Source: Aulosira sp. ZfuVER01 (GTDB lineage: Bacteria > Cyanobacteriota > Cyanobacteriia > Cyanobacteriales > Nostocaceae). From it: a stretch of 64,000 nucleotides of DNA. Of the stretch, positions 47,439-57,663 are shown piece by piece (position 1 is the stretch's first letter; every line of letters begins with the position of its first letter). The notes under the pieces are model-generated. The model had not been told where the DNA came from. It made no database searches and saw only the letters and a program-made list of their open reading frames with translations. The position numbers and the translations under genes were made by a program. The stretch lies in NCBI GenBank assembly GCA_034530615.2, contig JAVRCV020000008.1, positions 128,001 to 192,000 of the forward strand, given 5' to 3'.

Positions 47439-50400
47439 CTACTTCGCAGGCCAAGGAATCATCGGATCGCGAGCTAGCTTTTTCGAGACTTCATAAGCTC
47501 CAAAGCGATTGAGGTGACTGGGGTCGGAAAAATAGTCGTTCACTTTTGTCCACAGTTTACTTATGTCTCGATAGATAAAGTTGGGATTGTTAGACATCTG
47601 TAACATATATTGTTGAAATTCTTGCTCATATTTTTGACGTACTGGGTCTAAATAATCTGCGGTTAGGGGCATATTGACAAATACTAAAGGAATTTTTTGA
47701 GTCTGAGTAAACTGGAGCAGTGCTTGAAAAGCAGTGTCTTGTTCACCTTCCACTCTAAAAGACTGATAATCGTTGTCGTAATTCCCTGTAACTTTTGGGT
47801 GTTTTTGATAGTACCTAGCAGGATGGAAGCGGATAGACAAAGGTAGGAAACCATCAAAATCAACGGACTGTTGATAAGTTTCTTCCTCCAGAGCATCGTT
47901 GCTTAATTGCGTAGAAGATGTACCTACATAATTACTCTGGCTCATCAAAGGTAAAGAGTTGAGTTGTTTTTGTAATAACTCTTTAATTTGTTCGCGGTTT
48001 GAATAGGTAGCAGAAACAGCTGCTACAGCATTGTTGAGCCACTGATTGGCAAGCTGATAGCTGCTCAGTTCTGCTTTCTGAATTTTGGTTTTTTGTTCGC
48101 CAGATGAATTCGCTGGATCTTTAAGCAATTCATCCGTAGTACCTGTGGCTATTGCTTTCTGCAACGCCTGTTTATAGCCTGCTGACGACGCGATCGCCGC
48201 AAATGTGATATCCTTGCGACCACTGTTAAAAGCACGAGAACCATCTGCCCAAAGAATCATTTTTGGCAATTCTGAAGGTTCTAATACCCGGCGAATAATA
48301 AAATCTACGACTTGGGCTGTGGCACCATTGATACCAAAGTTAAATACATCAATTTTGGGATAACCCTGAGTTGCCAAAGTTTGAGAAAGGGCGGCGGGAT
48401 CGACTCCCCTTAAAGCGCGAGAAGAGCCAATAATTAAAACATGGGGAGGAGTACCAGTTTTAGCCAAACGCTGTTTGTACAGTGCTATTTGCTCATCTAA
48501 TTGCCTAGCATTAAAACTAGGCATTTGCGATCGCGCTGCTAAGAGAATTGCAGTGGCAGTGGCTTTTTCTTTTAAAGGTGCAGCTTCCAGGCTTTCTGTC
48601 TCGGTGTCTTCATTTTGGGTAAAGCCAGAAGCATTAAATACAGAACTATTTCCCTGAATTGATTTAGTCTTATTAGTGCTAGCGAAAAATGCTGTTCTCT
48701 GGTTTTGATTTACCTTAGGCTGGGAATTTGTCTTTTGATGCGTAGATGATGGATTTACAGCACTCACAACCTGAGATGGAGGGTTTGGAGTAGTACGGCT
48801 GATAATTTGACCCAACACCCAATCAGTTTGCATTGTTAGCAATAATCCCAGAGTACCCCAGACAAGAGCAACCTTAATACCTTGCGCTTCTGGATTATAT
48901 TCTGTTGGCTGGTCAATTTCCGTAAATAGTTGCGTTTGTAGTAGCAACTTCTTCACTTTTGTAGTTGCTGTTGTAACCCAATCTCGTGCTACTTCTGTAA
49001 TAAAAGTTTGAACTTCCTCTGTAGTCACTTCCGGACGTAAGATTGGTTCATCAGTCTGGGAAGGTACTAAATCTTTAATATAGATGGCAGTGGCAGCAAA
49101 TTCGGGAGTAGCTTCTGGTACTAGACGTTGGCGACGCACAAAATCTTCACCATGATGCCAAGCAGGTTCCTTGTTACCTGCACGGCGACCATAGACACGC
49201 ACTCCTAAAACTCCGGCAATTTTTAACTGGCGGACTAACTGAACGACTTTGTTTGCCACTTTCTTTCGGGCTGGGCAAACAGGAGCATCACACATAATGT
49301 GTAATAAATCGCCTTTAAGCAGCGGTACTACACGGATACCACCTGTCTTGAGTCGCCAATCTAAATCGGGATTGAGTAAACGTTCTAGTAAGAAATGGAC
49401 AGCAGGTTCATCCCCAGCAGTTGCTAACTCTAGTGCTGTTGGTGACTGGGCTGGATTCTGAGCAGCAGGCAAAGTCAGCCAATCAATCCAAGCTGGTTGC
49501 TTTTCAGCAGTTTTTTGCCCGTATATAGTAGCGGCTTTAATACCTTGGGGAGCAATTATATCTAGTTGAGTTGCGATCGCCTGCAAGCATAAATGCTTAT
49601 CTGGTGCTGGGGCAGTTTCTAAAGGGTCAACAGATGGAGTGCAAAATATATGTATAGTTGATTCTTGCAGCGAAGCTTGTACCGCCACTTTTAAATCTGA
49701 TAACATCTCAGTTAACAGCCTGGCGATCGCTTGCACATCCCCCCAACGTGCCCATTCTTTCAGCATTACCTCTGGTGGCGTCAAATCCACTCGCAGCAGC
49801 CAATCAGGTGTAGTTTCGCCATTCACTTGCGAAACAATCACCGCATCTTGGTAGCCACTAAGCTTGAGATATCGCAACTTCTGGGCGATTGGCTCTGCCA
49901 ACAATGAAGGATCGGGACTATAACCTGACTGACAAAATATCCACAGGCGATGTTCCTCGAAAGAGCCTTGCTGTGTTGGCTGTTGTGGTTTAACTTTTAC
50001 CTGTACTGCTACACCTAACCTACTTAGGGTTTCACTAAGGTAGCGAGCAATGGCATCTGGATGTCCTTGTTTAGCCAAGCTTTCGTTAGATATAATCATC
50101 GCCCCAGCCGTTTGTTGGGATTTTCTCTTGTCTTCTAACAAAGCTTGGTTGACCTGCTCCAAATGTCTATCCAGTTGATTTAAATAAACCCGATGACACC
50201 ATTGGGGTCGCTGCTCGCCTTTTTTTCGTCCGTAGACCAATACTTGGTATATTGAGGTTTGTTCGCTGTTTGTTAGGACATCTAAGTCGGTTTGTTGGAT
50301 TGCTTGCAGCAAGTCAGACAGAGTCCGCCAACGTCGCGGGCACTCTGTCCCTTCACAAAGGATATGTAAGTCATTTCCCCGCAACCGGATTTTCACCCCG

Positions 50401-50477
50401 ACAGTGCTAATCCCAGTTGCTTGACTTACCCATTGCACTAAGGATTTTTGGCGATCTAGTTGAGATGCTGTTTTCAT
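47439..50477 (-). CDS. DUF1574-like protein with a C-terminal SGNH/DltD-like domain
   Basis: IIGSSRALRG, FNFGING and FSDPSHLN in the C-terminal part; a TM segment mid-protein; co-oriented with the MBOAT gene. Confidence 0.75.
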   Translation of the reverse strand: MKTASQLDRQKSLVQWVSQATGISTVGVKIRLRGNDLHILCEGTECPRRWRTLSDLLQAIQQTDLDVLTNSEQTSIYQVLVYGRKKGEQRPQWCHRVYLNQLDRHLEQVNQALLEDKRKSQQTAGAMIISNESLAKQGHPDAIARYLSETLSRLGVAVQVKVKPQQPTQQGSFEEHRLWIFCQSGYSPDPSLLAEPIAQKLRYLKLSGYQDAVIVSQVNGETTPDWLLRVDLTPPEVMLKEWARWGDVQAIARLLTEMLSDLKVAVQASLQESTIHIFCTPSVDPLETAPAPDKHLCLQAIATQLDIIAPQGIKAATIYGQKTAEKQPAWIDWLTLPAAQNPAQSPTALELATAGDEPAVHFLLERLLNPDLDWRLKTGGIRVVPLLKGDLLHIMCDAPVCPARKKVANKVVQLVRQLKIAGVLGVRVYGRRAGNKEPAWHHGEDFVRRQRLVPEATPEFAATAIYIKDLVPSQTDEPILRPEVTTEEVQTFITEVARDWVTTATTKVKKLLLQTQLFTEIDQPTEYNPEAQGIKVALVWGTLGLLLTMQTDWVLGQIISRTTPNPPSQVVSAVNPSSTHQKTNSQPKVNQNQRTAFFASTNKTKSIQGNSSVFNASGFTQNEDTETESLEAAPLKEKATATAILLAARSQMPSFNARQLDEQIALYKQRLAKTGTPPHVLIIGSSRALRGVDPAALSQTLATQGYPKIDVFNFGINGATAQVVDFIIRRVLEPSELPKMILWADGSRAFNSGRKDITFAAIASSAGYKQALQKAIATGTTDELLKDPANSSGEQKTKIQKAELSSYQLANQWLNNAVAAVSATYSNREQIKELLQKQLNSLPLMSQSNYVGTSSTQLSNDALEEETYQQSVDFDGFLPLSIRFHPARYYQKHPKVTGNYDNDYQSFRVEGEQDTAFQALLQFTQTQKIPLVFVNMPLTADYLDPVRQKYEQEFQQYMLQMSNNPNFIYRDISKLWTKVNDYFSDPSHLNRFGAYEVSKKLARDPMIPWPAK

Positions 50478-50696
50478 GGGCAGTTAACTTTAGAAGAAGC
50501 GAGTATTGGGGGATAGTGCCTGCACTTGTAAACTAGAACCATAGATTTATCACACCCTGACGTTTGTTTTTAACACTTTTGTTACCTTCTTGACTTGCAA
50601 TATGGGCAAAGATAGATATTTATGTACAATTGCGAGCCATGCCAATGTTGGATTTTCTGTTTATTTTACTAATCCGCAAACAACCAAGAATTAGCT

Positions 50697-50933
50697 ATGT
50701 CTCCTGCCACAAACAAACCCTCACTCAACCCTGAATTAAATCTGTTGCTGTTTAGCATTCCCCAATCTTTGCTTTTAAATGTGGGTACAGCGTCTATATT
50801 AATGCTGTTCGCAGCCGGACAAGCTTCAACCAGGGCTTTAGAAGCTTTGGGACAAGCCAGTGAAGAATTATTTCGGGGCGATCGCCTACCCATACTCGAA
50901 TTTCCAGAAGATAACGAATTAAAGAACAGTTAA
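50697..50933 (+). CDS. Small hypothetical cyanobacterial protein
   Basis: Hydrophobic segment followed by LGQASEELFRGDRLPILEFP. Confidence 0.6.
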   Translation: MSPATNKPSLNPELNLLLFSIPQSLLLNVGTASILMLFAAGQASTRALEALGQASEELFRGDRLPILEFPEDNELKNS

Positions 50934-51034
50934 AAATCTTACTCTAAGAAATCAATCACTCTGGGCAAGCTCCAGGAGTGTTGCTTACAGAACATAGCAT
51001 TCAAAACAATAATTGTCTTGCAAGAATAGAGAAT

Positions 51035-54000
51035 ATGAGTTCCCTTTTATACTCTTTGTCTCAGGCGGCGAACATCTACCCCGCATCGGAATTATTTTTG
51101 CGTCATCGCCTCCAAATAGTGGAGGAATTGTGGGAGTCAGTACTCCGCCAGGAATGCGGACAAAAAATGGTAGATTTGTTGGGTCAACTGCGCGATCTGT
51201 GTTCGCCAGAGGGACAAGCCACGCATGACCAAGCCTCATCGGCCGTGAAGTTGATTGAACAACTCAATATCAACGAGGCCATCCGGGCAGCTCGTGCCTT
51301 TGCTCTGTATTTTCAGTTAATCAACATCATAGAGCAGGAATACGAACAACGACAGCAATTGACTCGCTATTCTCAGGCAGAAACAGAGATAGAAGATCCA
51401 GAAATCTTACCAAATGTTAGCTATTCAACTAATCAAAGAGAAAACGATGCACCTGTGAATCGGGGAATAGGCGCAGATTTACTAGCTAAGAGTTGGCTTG
51501 CCAAAGAAAAAGACAAACAAAAAGGTACTTTTGCGGCTTTATTCCCCCATTTATTCAAACTGAATGTGCCACCGCAGCAAATTCAACGCTTAATCGCCCA
51601 ACTAGATGTACGATTAGTGTTTACCGCTCATCCTACAGAAATTGTGCGGCATACTATCCGAGATAAGCAAAGACAGGTGGTAAGCCTATTGCAACAACTG
51701 GATACGGTAGAAAATCGCTCTGGTGGGACAACTGGGGGATATCCTTGGGAAGCCGCAGAAATACAAGAAAAACTACTGGAAGAAATTCGCCTCTGGTGGC
51801 GCACTGATGAACTCCACCAGTTTAAGCCTACTGTCTTAGATGAAGTAGACTATGCCCTACACTACTTCCAAGAAGTTTTATTTGATGGTATCCCCCAACT
51901 GCATAAACGCATTAAATACGCCCTGAATAAAACCTTTCCTTGGCTGGAACCACCACAGAAAAATTTCTGCTCTTTTGGATCTTGGGTAGGTTCAGATCGA
52001 GATGGGAACCCCTCAGTGACACCAGAAATTACCTGGCAAACTGCATGTTATCAGCGAAAAATGGTGTTGGAGAGGTATATTCAGTCAGTGAAGCAGCTGA
52101 TTGAATTATTGAGCGTCTCCATGCACTGGAGTGATGTCCTCCCAGACTTGCTAGAATCTTTGGAGTTGGATCAGTCGCAGTTGAGCGAAATCTATGATGC
52201 TTTGGCGCTACGTTATCGCCAAGAACCCTATCGGCTGAAGTTGTCTTACGTCTTAAGAAGACTGGAAAATACACGCGATCGCAATCTAGCTTTGTATAAG
52301 CGAGAAACGCCAAAAAATGAAGACAAACCCATGTACCGTTCGGGGTCAGAATTTTTAGCAGAATTGCGGATGATTCAACGCAACTTGACCGAAACTGGTT
52401 TAAGTTGTCGGGAATTAGAGAATCTGATTGCTCAGGTAGAAATTTTTGGCTTTAACCTGACACAGCTAGATATTCGCCAAGAATCTTCACGTCATTCTGA
52501 TGCGCTGAATGAGATTTTGGAATATTTGCAAGTCTTGCCTCAATCTTATAATGAACTGTCAGAAGCGCAGCGAGTTGCTTGGTTAACCGGAGAATTGCAA
52601 ACCCGCAGACCATTAATTCCTTCAGAATTGCCATTTTCCGAAAAAACCAACGATGTCATTGAAACTTTCCGCATAGTGCGATCGCTACAACAAGAGTTTG
52701 GTGTCCACATCTGCCAAACTTACATTATCAGTATGTGCCGCGAAGTCAGCGATGTACTAGAAGTTTTGCTATTAGCCAAAGAAGCCAGACTATTTGACCC
52801 AGCGATCGCTGTGGGTACAATTCAGGTTGTGCCTTTATTTGAAACGGTAGAAGACTTACAACGCTCAAGAAGTGTGATGCGACAACTGTTTGAACTACCG
52901 TTATATCGCGCTTTGTTAGCAGGAGGCTATCAGCAGGTAGAGGACAAGGAAGATAAAGCTACCTCTTCTACTCACGCCACTTGTCCGCTGACCCTGAATC
53001 TACAAGAAGTGATGCTAGGGTATTCTGACAGTAACAAAGACTCTGGTTTTTTAAGTAGCAATTGGGAAATTCATAAAGCCCAAAAATCACTCCAGCACAT
53101 AGCAGAAGAATATGGTGTGAATTTGCGAATTTTTCACGGACGTGGCGGTTCTGTAGGAAGGGGTGGTGGCCCGGCTTACGAAGCGATTTTGGCTCAGCCT
53201 GGTCACAGTATTAATGGCAGAATCAAAATCACCGAACAAGGGGAAGTACTGGCTTCTAAATATTCCCTGCTGGACTTAGCTTTGTACAATTTGGAAACGA
53301 TTACCACTGCTGTAATTCAAGCCAGCCTCCTCAAGACAGGTTTCGATGATATCGAACCGTGGAACGAAATTATGGAGGAACTAGCTGCGCGATCGCGTAC
53401 TCATTATCGCGCATTGATTTATGAGCAGCCAGATTTTATTGACTTTTTCCACCAAGTCACTCCTATTGAAGAAATTAGCCAGTTGCAAATTAGCTCTCGT
53501 CCAGCACGTCGTCCTTCCGGTAAAAAGGATTTAAGCAGTCTCAGAGCTATTCCTTGGGTATTCAGTTGGACACAAACTAGGTTTTTACTACCTTCCTGGT
53601 ATGGTGTAGGTACAGCTTTGCAAGAATTTTTGCAAGCAGAACCAGAAGAACACTTAAAGCTCATGCAATACTTTTACTTGAAGTGGCCTTTCTTCAAGAT
53701 GGTGATTTCTAAAGCAGAAATGACCTTGGCAAAAGTAGATATGCAAATGGCCCAGCATTATGTGCAAGAACTGTCAAATCCCGAAGATAAACCGAGATTT
53801 GAGAAGGTTTTTGAGCAAATTGCTAGTGAATACTATCTCACCAAAGAGTTAGTGTTAAAAATTACTGGACACAATCGATTGCTAGATGGCGATCCAGTAT
53901 TGCAGCGTTCAGTACAATTACGTAATGGGACAATTGTACCTTTAGGGTTTATCCAAGTTTCCTTACTCAAGCGCCTGAGACAGTCACGCAATAATGCTCC

Positions 54001-54100
54001 ATCTGGGGTGATCCACTCCCGTTACAGCAAGGGTGAATTATTGCGAGGAGCATTACTAACTATTAACGGGATTGCCGCAGGTATGAGAAATACAGGCTGA
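51035..54100 (+). CDS. ppc: Phosphoenolpyruvate carboxylase
   Basis: [40 protein letters not shown] and C-terminal MRNTG; ATG at 51035 (ORF track starts at 50978). Confidence 0.98.
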   Translation: MSSLLYSLSQAANIYPASELFLRHRLQIVEELWESVLRQECGQKMVDLLGQLRDLCSPEGQATHDQASSAVKLIEQLNINEAIRAARAFALYFQLINIIEQEYEQRQQLTRYSQAETEIEDPEILPNVSYSTNQRENDAPVNRGIGADLLAKSWLAKEKDKQKGTFAALFPHLFKLNVPPQQIQRLIAQLDVRLVFTAHPTEIVRHTIRDKQRQVVSLLQQLDTVENRSGGTTGGYPWEAAEIQEKLLEEIRLWWRTDELHQFKPTVLDEVDYALHYFQEVLFDGIPQLHKRIKYALNKTFPWLEPPQKNFCSFGSWVGSDRDGNPSVTPEITWQTACYQRKMVLERYIQSVKQLIELLSVSMHWSDVLPDLLESLELDQSQLSEIYDALALRYRQEPYRLKLSYVLRRLENTRDRNLALYKRETPKNEDKPMYRSGSEFLAELRMIQRNLTETGLSCRELENLIAQVEIFGFNLTQLDIRQESSRHSDALNEILEYLQVLPQSYNELSEAQRVAWLTGELQTRRPLIPSELPFSEKTNDVIETFRIVRSLQQEFGVHICQTYIISMCREVSDVLEVLLLAKEARLFDPAIAVGTIQVVPLFETVEDLQRSRSVMRQLFELPLYRALLAGGYQQVEDKEDKATSSTHATCPLTLNLQEVMLGYSDSNKDSGFLSSNWEIHKAQKSLQHIAEEYGVNLRIFHGRGGSVGRGGGPAYEAILAQPGHSINGRIKITEQGEVLASKYSLLDLALYNLETITTAVIQASLLKTGFDDIEPWNEIMEELAARSRTHYRALIYEQPDFIDFFHQVTPIEEISQLQISSRPARRPSGKKDLSSLRAIPWVFSWTQTRFLLPSWYGVGTALQEFLQAEPEEHLKLMQYFYLKWPFFKMVISKAEMTLAKVDMQMAQHYVQELSNPEDKPRFEKVFEQIASEYYLTKELVLKITGHNRLLDGDPVLQRSVQLRNGTIVPLGFIQVSLLKRLRQSRNNAPSGVIHSRYSKGELLRGALLTINGIAAGMRNTG

Positions 54101-54174
54101 TTTGCTAAATGGAGTCAAGAGTCCATAATCTAAGATTTTTTGACTCTTGACTCTTGACTCTAAAAAAATAACTT

Positions 54175-54429
54175 ATGATTAAAAATCGAATTTTAATATG
54201 CACCTTAGTGGCGCTATCATCAGGATTTTTTGGTAGTTACATCTTCGGACAAATTACCCTAACGCTACATAGCCAGAGATGTCAAAATCAGACTTGGGCT
54301 TTAAAGCAATTGTGCAATACTTGGGCGACAACAAATGCAATGTGGCAAGGTAGCACAACCGGATTATGGATGAGCACAGTCTTAGGAGCATTTGTCGCTG
54401 GATTGGCAACACAGCAAAATCGTAATTAG
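54175..54429 (+). CDS. Small hypothetical membrane protein
   Basis: Two hydrophobic segments flanking a loop with a Cys pair. Confidence 0.55.
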   Translation: MIKNRILICTLVALSSGFFGSYIFGQITLTLHSQRCQNQTWALKQLCNTWATTNAMWQGSTTGLWMSTVLGAFVAGLATQQNRN

Positions 54430-54458
54430 TCTACAGTACATGGCTTTAAGATAATTGA

Positions 54459-54848
54459 CTATTGACTATCCGTTGAAGCGGTGGGTGTTTGCAAATTACT
54501 CAGAGTCTTCCAAGATTGAGTACTGCTATCGTAACAGTGCCATTTTCCGCTTTTAACTTCTCGATAGCAAAATAGAGTGCGATCGTGTCCATCAAGATAA
54601 TCGGTTAAATAATAGACAATTCCTCTAAAAGGATAAGTTTTACGGCTGAGTCGCTTGGCTACTGCTTGGTTTGGACACTCAACGACGAAAACAGGCTTTC
54701 CATCCAGGTGAGCCAAAGAGAATATACACATCCGCAAAATGGCTCTAAGCCAACTTTCAGAGTGGTCAAAATAATCATCGATGATTTTGTTAGTCAGAGC
54801 TTGTTCGAGAGTACGGTCTTGGTTTTGGGGCGTTTGAGCGTCAGACAT
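54459..54848 (-). CDS. Hypothetical protein
   Basis: 129-aa ORF with natural composition (VECPNQAVAKRL). Confidence 0.6.
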   Translation of the reverse strand: MSDAQTPQNQDRTLEQALTNKIIDDYFDHSESWLRAILRMCIFSLAHLDGKPVFVVECPNQAVAKRLSRKTYPFRGIVYYLTDYLDGHDRTLFCYREVKSGKWHCYDSSTQSWKTLSNLQTPTASTDSQ

Positions 54849-54981
54849 AGCATTACCTATAGCTACACCGATGGTTTGAGATTAAACCAAAATCTTGAAA
54901 AGTGACAAGAGTACAGTCACCTTTAAAGCCACGGTCAGGATGGCTGGTAAAATATACTCATAGCCTTATGAGCAAATTTTC

Positions 54982-55287
54982 ATGACTGCTGAAACTAATC
55001 AAGTAAATCAAACAACCACAGGTGCTGATGCTATTGACGAAGCGATCGCACAGGGAATTGATTTTGACGGTTCTCCCATTCCAACCGCCAAGCTGGAACT
55101 ATACAACAAAGTCATGGCACTAGAGGCAAATAGACAGCGTAGCGGCGTATCGAATACCATGCGATCGCGCATTGTCCGAATTGGTGCAAAACATATTCAC
55201 CAAGCTGAACTCGATACATTGCTAGTAGATGCTGGTTTTGCGCCGTTAAAAGAAAAAGAAATTGCCTTTTTCTACGGTGGAAAATAG
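54982..55287 (+). CDS. DUF4090 / Ssr1528-like protein
   Basis: GADAIDEAIAQGIDFDGSPIP and RQRSGVSNTMRSRIVRIGAKH. Confidence 0.85.
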   Translation: MTAETNQVNQTTTGADAIDEAIAQGIDFDGSPIPTAKLELYNKVMALEANRQRSGVSNTMRSRIVRIGAKHIHQAELDTLLVDAGFAPLKEKEIAFFYGGK

Positions 55288-55393
55288 CAATATAATTCGC
55301 AGTTTATAAGTCGTAATTCGTAGTTACAACAAATGCTGGCACTCAGAAAATCCAACTAAATTTTTAATTTAGTCTTAGTTTTCTTATTCTTTT

Positions 55394-55427
55394 AATTACG
55401 AATTACGAATTACGAATTACGAATTAG
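55394..55427. repeat. Heptamer tandem repeat (aattacg)n
   Basis: aattacg x4 plus a partial copy. Confidence 0.85.
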
Positions 55428-55462
55428 AAATTATTTATTCAATTTTATTGGTAAAGTCACCC

Positions 55463-55747
55463 ATGCCGAAAGCAATTTGGAATAGCGCTATTTTAGCCGA
55501 GAGCGATAACACTATAGTTGTAGAAGGTAATCATTACTTTCCGCCTGAGGCTATTAACAAAGAGTATTTCAAAGAAAGTAATACCCACACTACTTGCCCT
55601 TGGAAAGGTGTTGCTAGTTACTACAGTATCGAAGTGAATGGGCAAGTTAATCAAGATGCTGCTTGGTACTACCCTAGTACCAAGGAGAAAGCAAAAAATA
55701 TTGAAGGCTATGTTGCTTTCTGGCGTGGTGTCAAAGTCGAAGCTTAG
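55463..55747 (+). CDS. DUF427 family protein
   Basis: VEGNHYFP, TTCPWKGVASYY and AAWYYP; ATG at 55463. Confidence 0.88.
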   Translation: MPKAIWNSAILAESDNTIVVEGNHYFPPEAINKEYFKESNTHTTCPWKGVASYYSIEVNGQVNQDAAWYYPSTKEKAKNIEGYVAFWRGVKVEA

Positions 55748-55861
55748 TAGAAATTAATTTTTTCCCAACTCCTGAAAGTAATTTTTCAGTAGCCATAATT
55801 TTGTCGATTTTATTGGTGGTTGATAAAACTCAACCACCAGAATCTTGAAATATTTTTTGAT

Positions 55862-56440
55862 TCATCTATTTGTCAAACGCAATATCATCTGACGTTTTTG
55901 ACGTAATAGCGTTCCTTCTTCTTCAAATTGCTGTAGAAGACGTGTTACCGTTACTCTTGTTGTATTTAATACTTCTGCCATTTCTTGATGAGTAGCATTC
56001 AGGTCAATAAGTTTACCCTGTTCTACCTCACGACCAAACTTCCAGCTTAACCAAACTAAAAATTGCCACAAACGCAGAGACATAGGCTTACAATGCACTA
56101 TGCTTAAAAGTTCCTCTGCCTGTTGAATGTGAGAAAGTAAAGCGCTAACATCTTGATACCAAAGATGAGGTGGTACTATGCTGACTTCTACATTAGTTAA
56201 GCACTCAATTTGGTAAGGCTTGACTTTAGACAAAGGAGAACCGATTAAATCTCCAGCACCCCAGTAACCCAAAGTAATAAATGTGCCTTCCTCACTCCAG
56301 GTTAAGGTGCGAACTGCACCACGTTCGATTCGCCACAGTACATCGTTGCGTGGGGGTATCATTTCGCGCCTGGTAAATAAGCGATGGGGAATTTGTTCTT
56401 TAATTACAGAGTCATAAGACACATTAGCAGAATAGATCAT
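55862..56440 (-). CDS. Crp/Fnr family transcriptional regulator (CysR-like)
   Basis: LWRIERGAVRTLTW, LGYWGAGD and HTH THQEMAEVLNTTRVTVTRLL. Confidence 0.88.
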   Translation of the reverse strand: MIYSANVSYDSVIKEQIPHRLFTRREMIPPRNDVLWRIERGAVRTLTWSEEGTFITLGYWGAGDLIGSPLSKVKPYQIECLTNVEVSIVPPHLWYQDVSALLSHIQQAEELLSIVHCKPMSLRLWQFLVWLSWKFGREVEQGKLIDLNATHQEMAEVLNTTRVTVTRLLQQFEEEGTLLRQKRQMILRLTNR

Positions 56441-57143
56441 AGAAATATTTGGGTAGAGAAAATTGTGGAGTTGCTTTAGAAGTTATCGGAATTAGCTTAG
56501 ATGTAAGAATTGGCTTAGGATAATTTAATACTGGCCATGACATCAGCCTAAGCAGATTTAGCACATATATCATCTATGTGTAAATATCAAGATACCAGTC
56601 AAGCATAGTTATTCTCTGGTTATCCATAACACAGAAGTAAATAAATCACTATACCTTTATCGAAAGTTTGGAGTGGATTGACAGAATTATTTACATTGGC
56701 TTTGACTGTAAAGCAACGGGCAATGGTATTGAAAATAGAAAACAGAGAATTGCTAACAAGTGCAGATTTTTTACAACAGCGCTGAAAACACGACAAACAG
56801 AGAAGTCTGAGCGCCGAAAGCCGACGTTCAGACTTTAAAGAAGGAAGACAAAGTAGAAAAAGCTTGTTCCTGTCTTCAAATGAGTGCCTTAACTCACCCT
56901 TTCAAAAAAAACCTACACGTGTAAGAGGGTATCAACCTTCTCTTAACAAAAAAATTCTATGTACCAAGGTTCAGTCGTCTCTGCTGTAGGGGAGATCAGA
57001 CAAAAACTTGGCGGAAGTCTAAGTTGCGGTACTCGCTTATACGGTGGAGTGGTTCACTTGATGCTAATGAGCATCGCTTTAGCATCCTCAGTAAAAAAAG
57101 CTGTTTTTATCTTCAACAGCAGAAACTGTTAAAAAGCTGTTGT

Positions 57144-57581
57144 TTATTCCCTAGCAATCACAATATCGTTGGACTTAATTACTGCATAGGCTTCAGTTCC
57201 CTCAGTCAAACCCAACTCCTCTGCTGAGACTCTAGTAATCATAGAGGTGAGTTCAACTTTGTGAACAATCTCTAGAGTCACTTCAGTATTAACAGCTCCT
57301 GTAACTACTCGTTTAACAACTCCCTTGAGGATATTACGCGAACTAACTTTTAATGGTTTCTTTTGACTACTAATTTCTACCTCAGCAGTGTAAACATCTT
57401 TTTTCACATCCTGTTTAGTGGATGGCGATACTGCTGGTGAAGAGTGCTGACTAAGACCGCGGACCAATTCTCGTAAAATTTCAGTCTTAGTACGCTGAGA
57501 CTGGTTGCAGAACTCTTCCAGTATTTTGCGCTCTTCTTCTGAAGTTTGAAATGTTACCCACCCTTGTTCTTTTCTTGGCAT
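57144..57581 (-). CDS. Ribbon-helix-helix + TOBE (molybdate/sulfate-binding) domain protein
   Basis: N-terminal WVTFQTSEEE...RTKTEILRELV; TOBE SSRNILKG...AVIKSNDIVI. Confidence 0.85.
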   Translation of the reverse strand: MPRKEQGWVTFQTSEEERKILEEFCNQSQRTKTEILRELVRGLSQHSSPAVSPSTKQDVKKDVYTAEVEISSQKKPLKVSSRNILKGVVKRVVTGAVNTEVTLEIVHKVELTSMITRVSAEELGLTEGTEAYAVIKSNDIVIARE

Positions 57582-57663
57582 AGTTTTACCAATTTAGTTG
57601 GTATATACTTTTGATCTTGCTACGATCCTACCAAGGGTGAATACTCTGAAACTGACAACGAAT

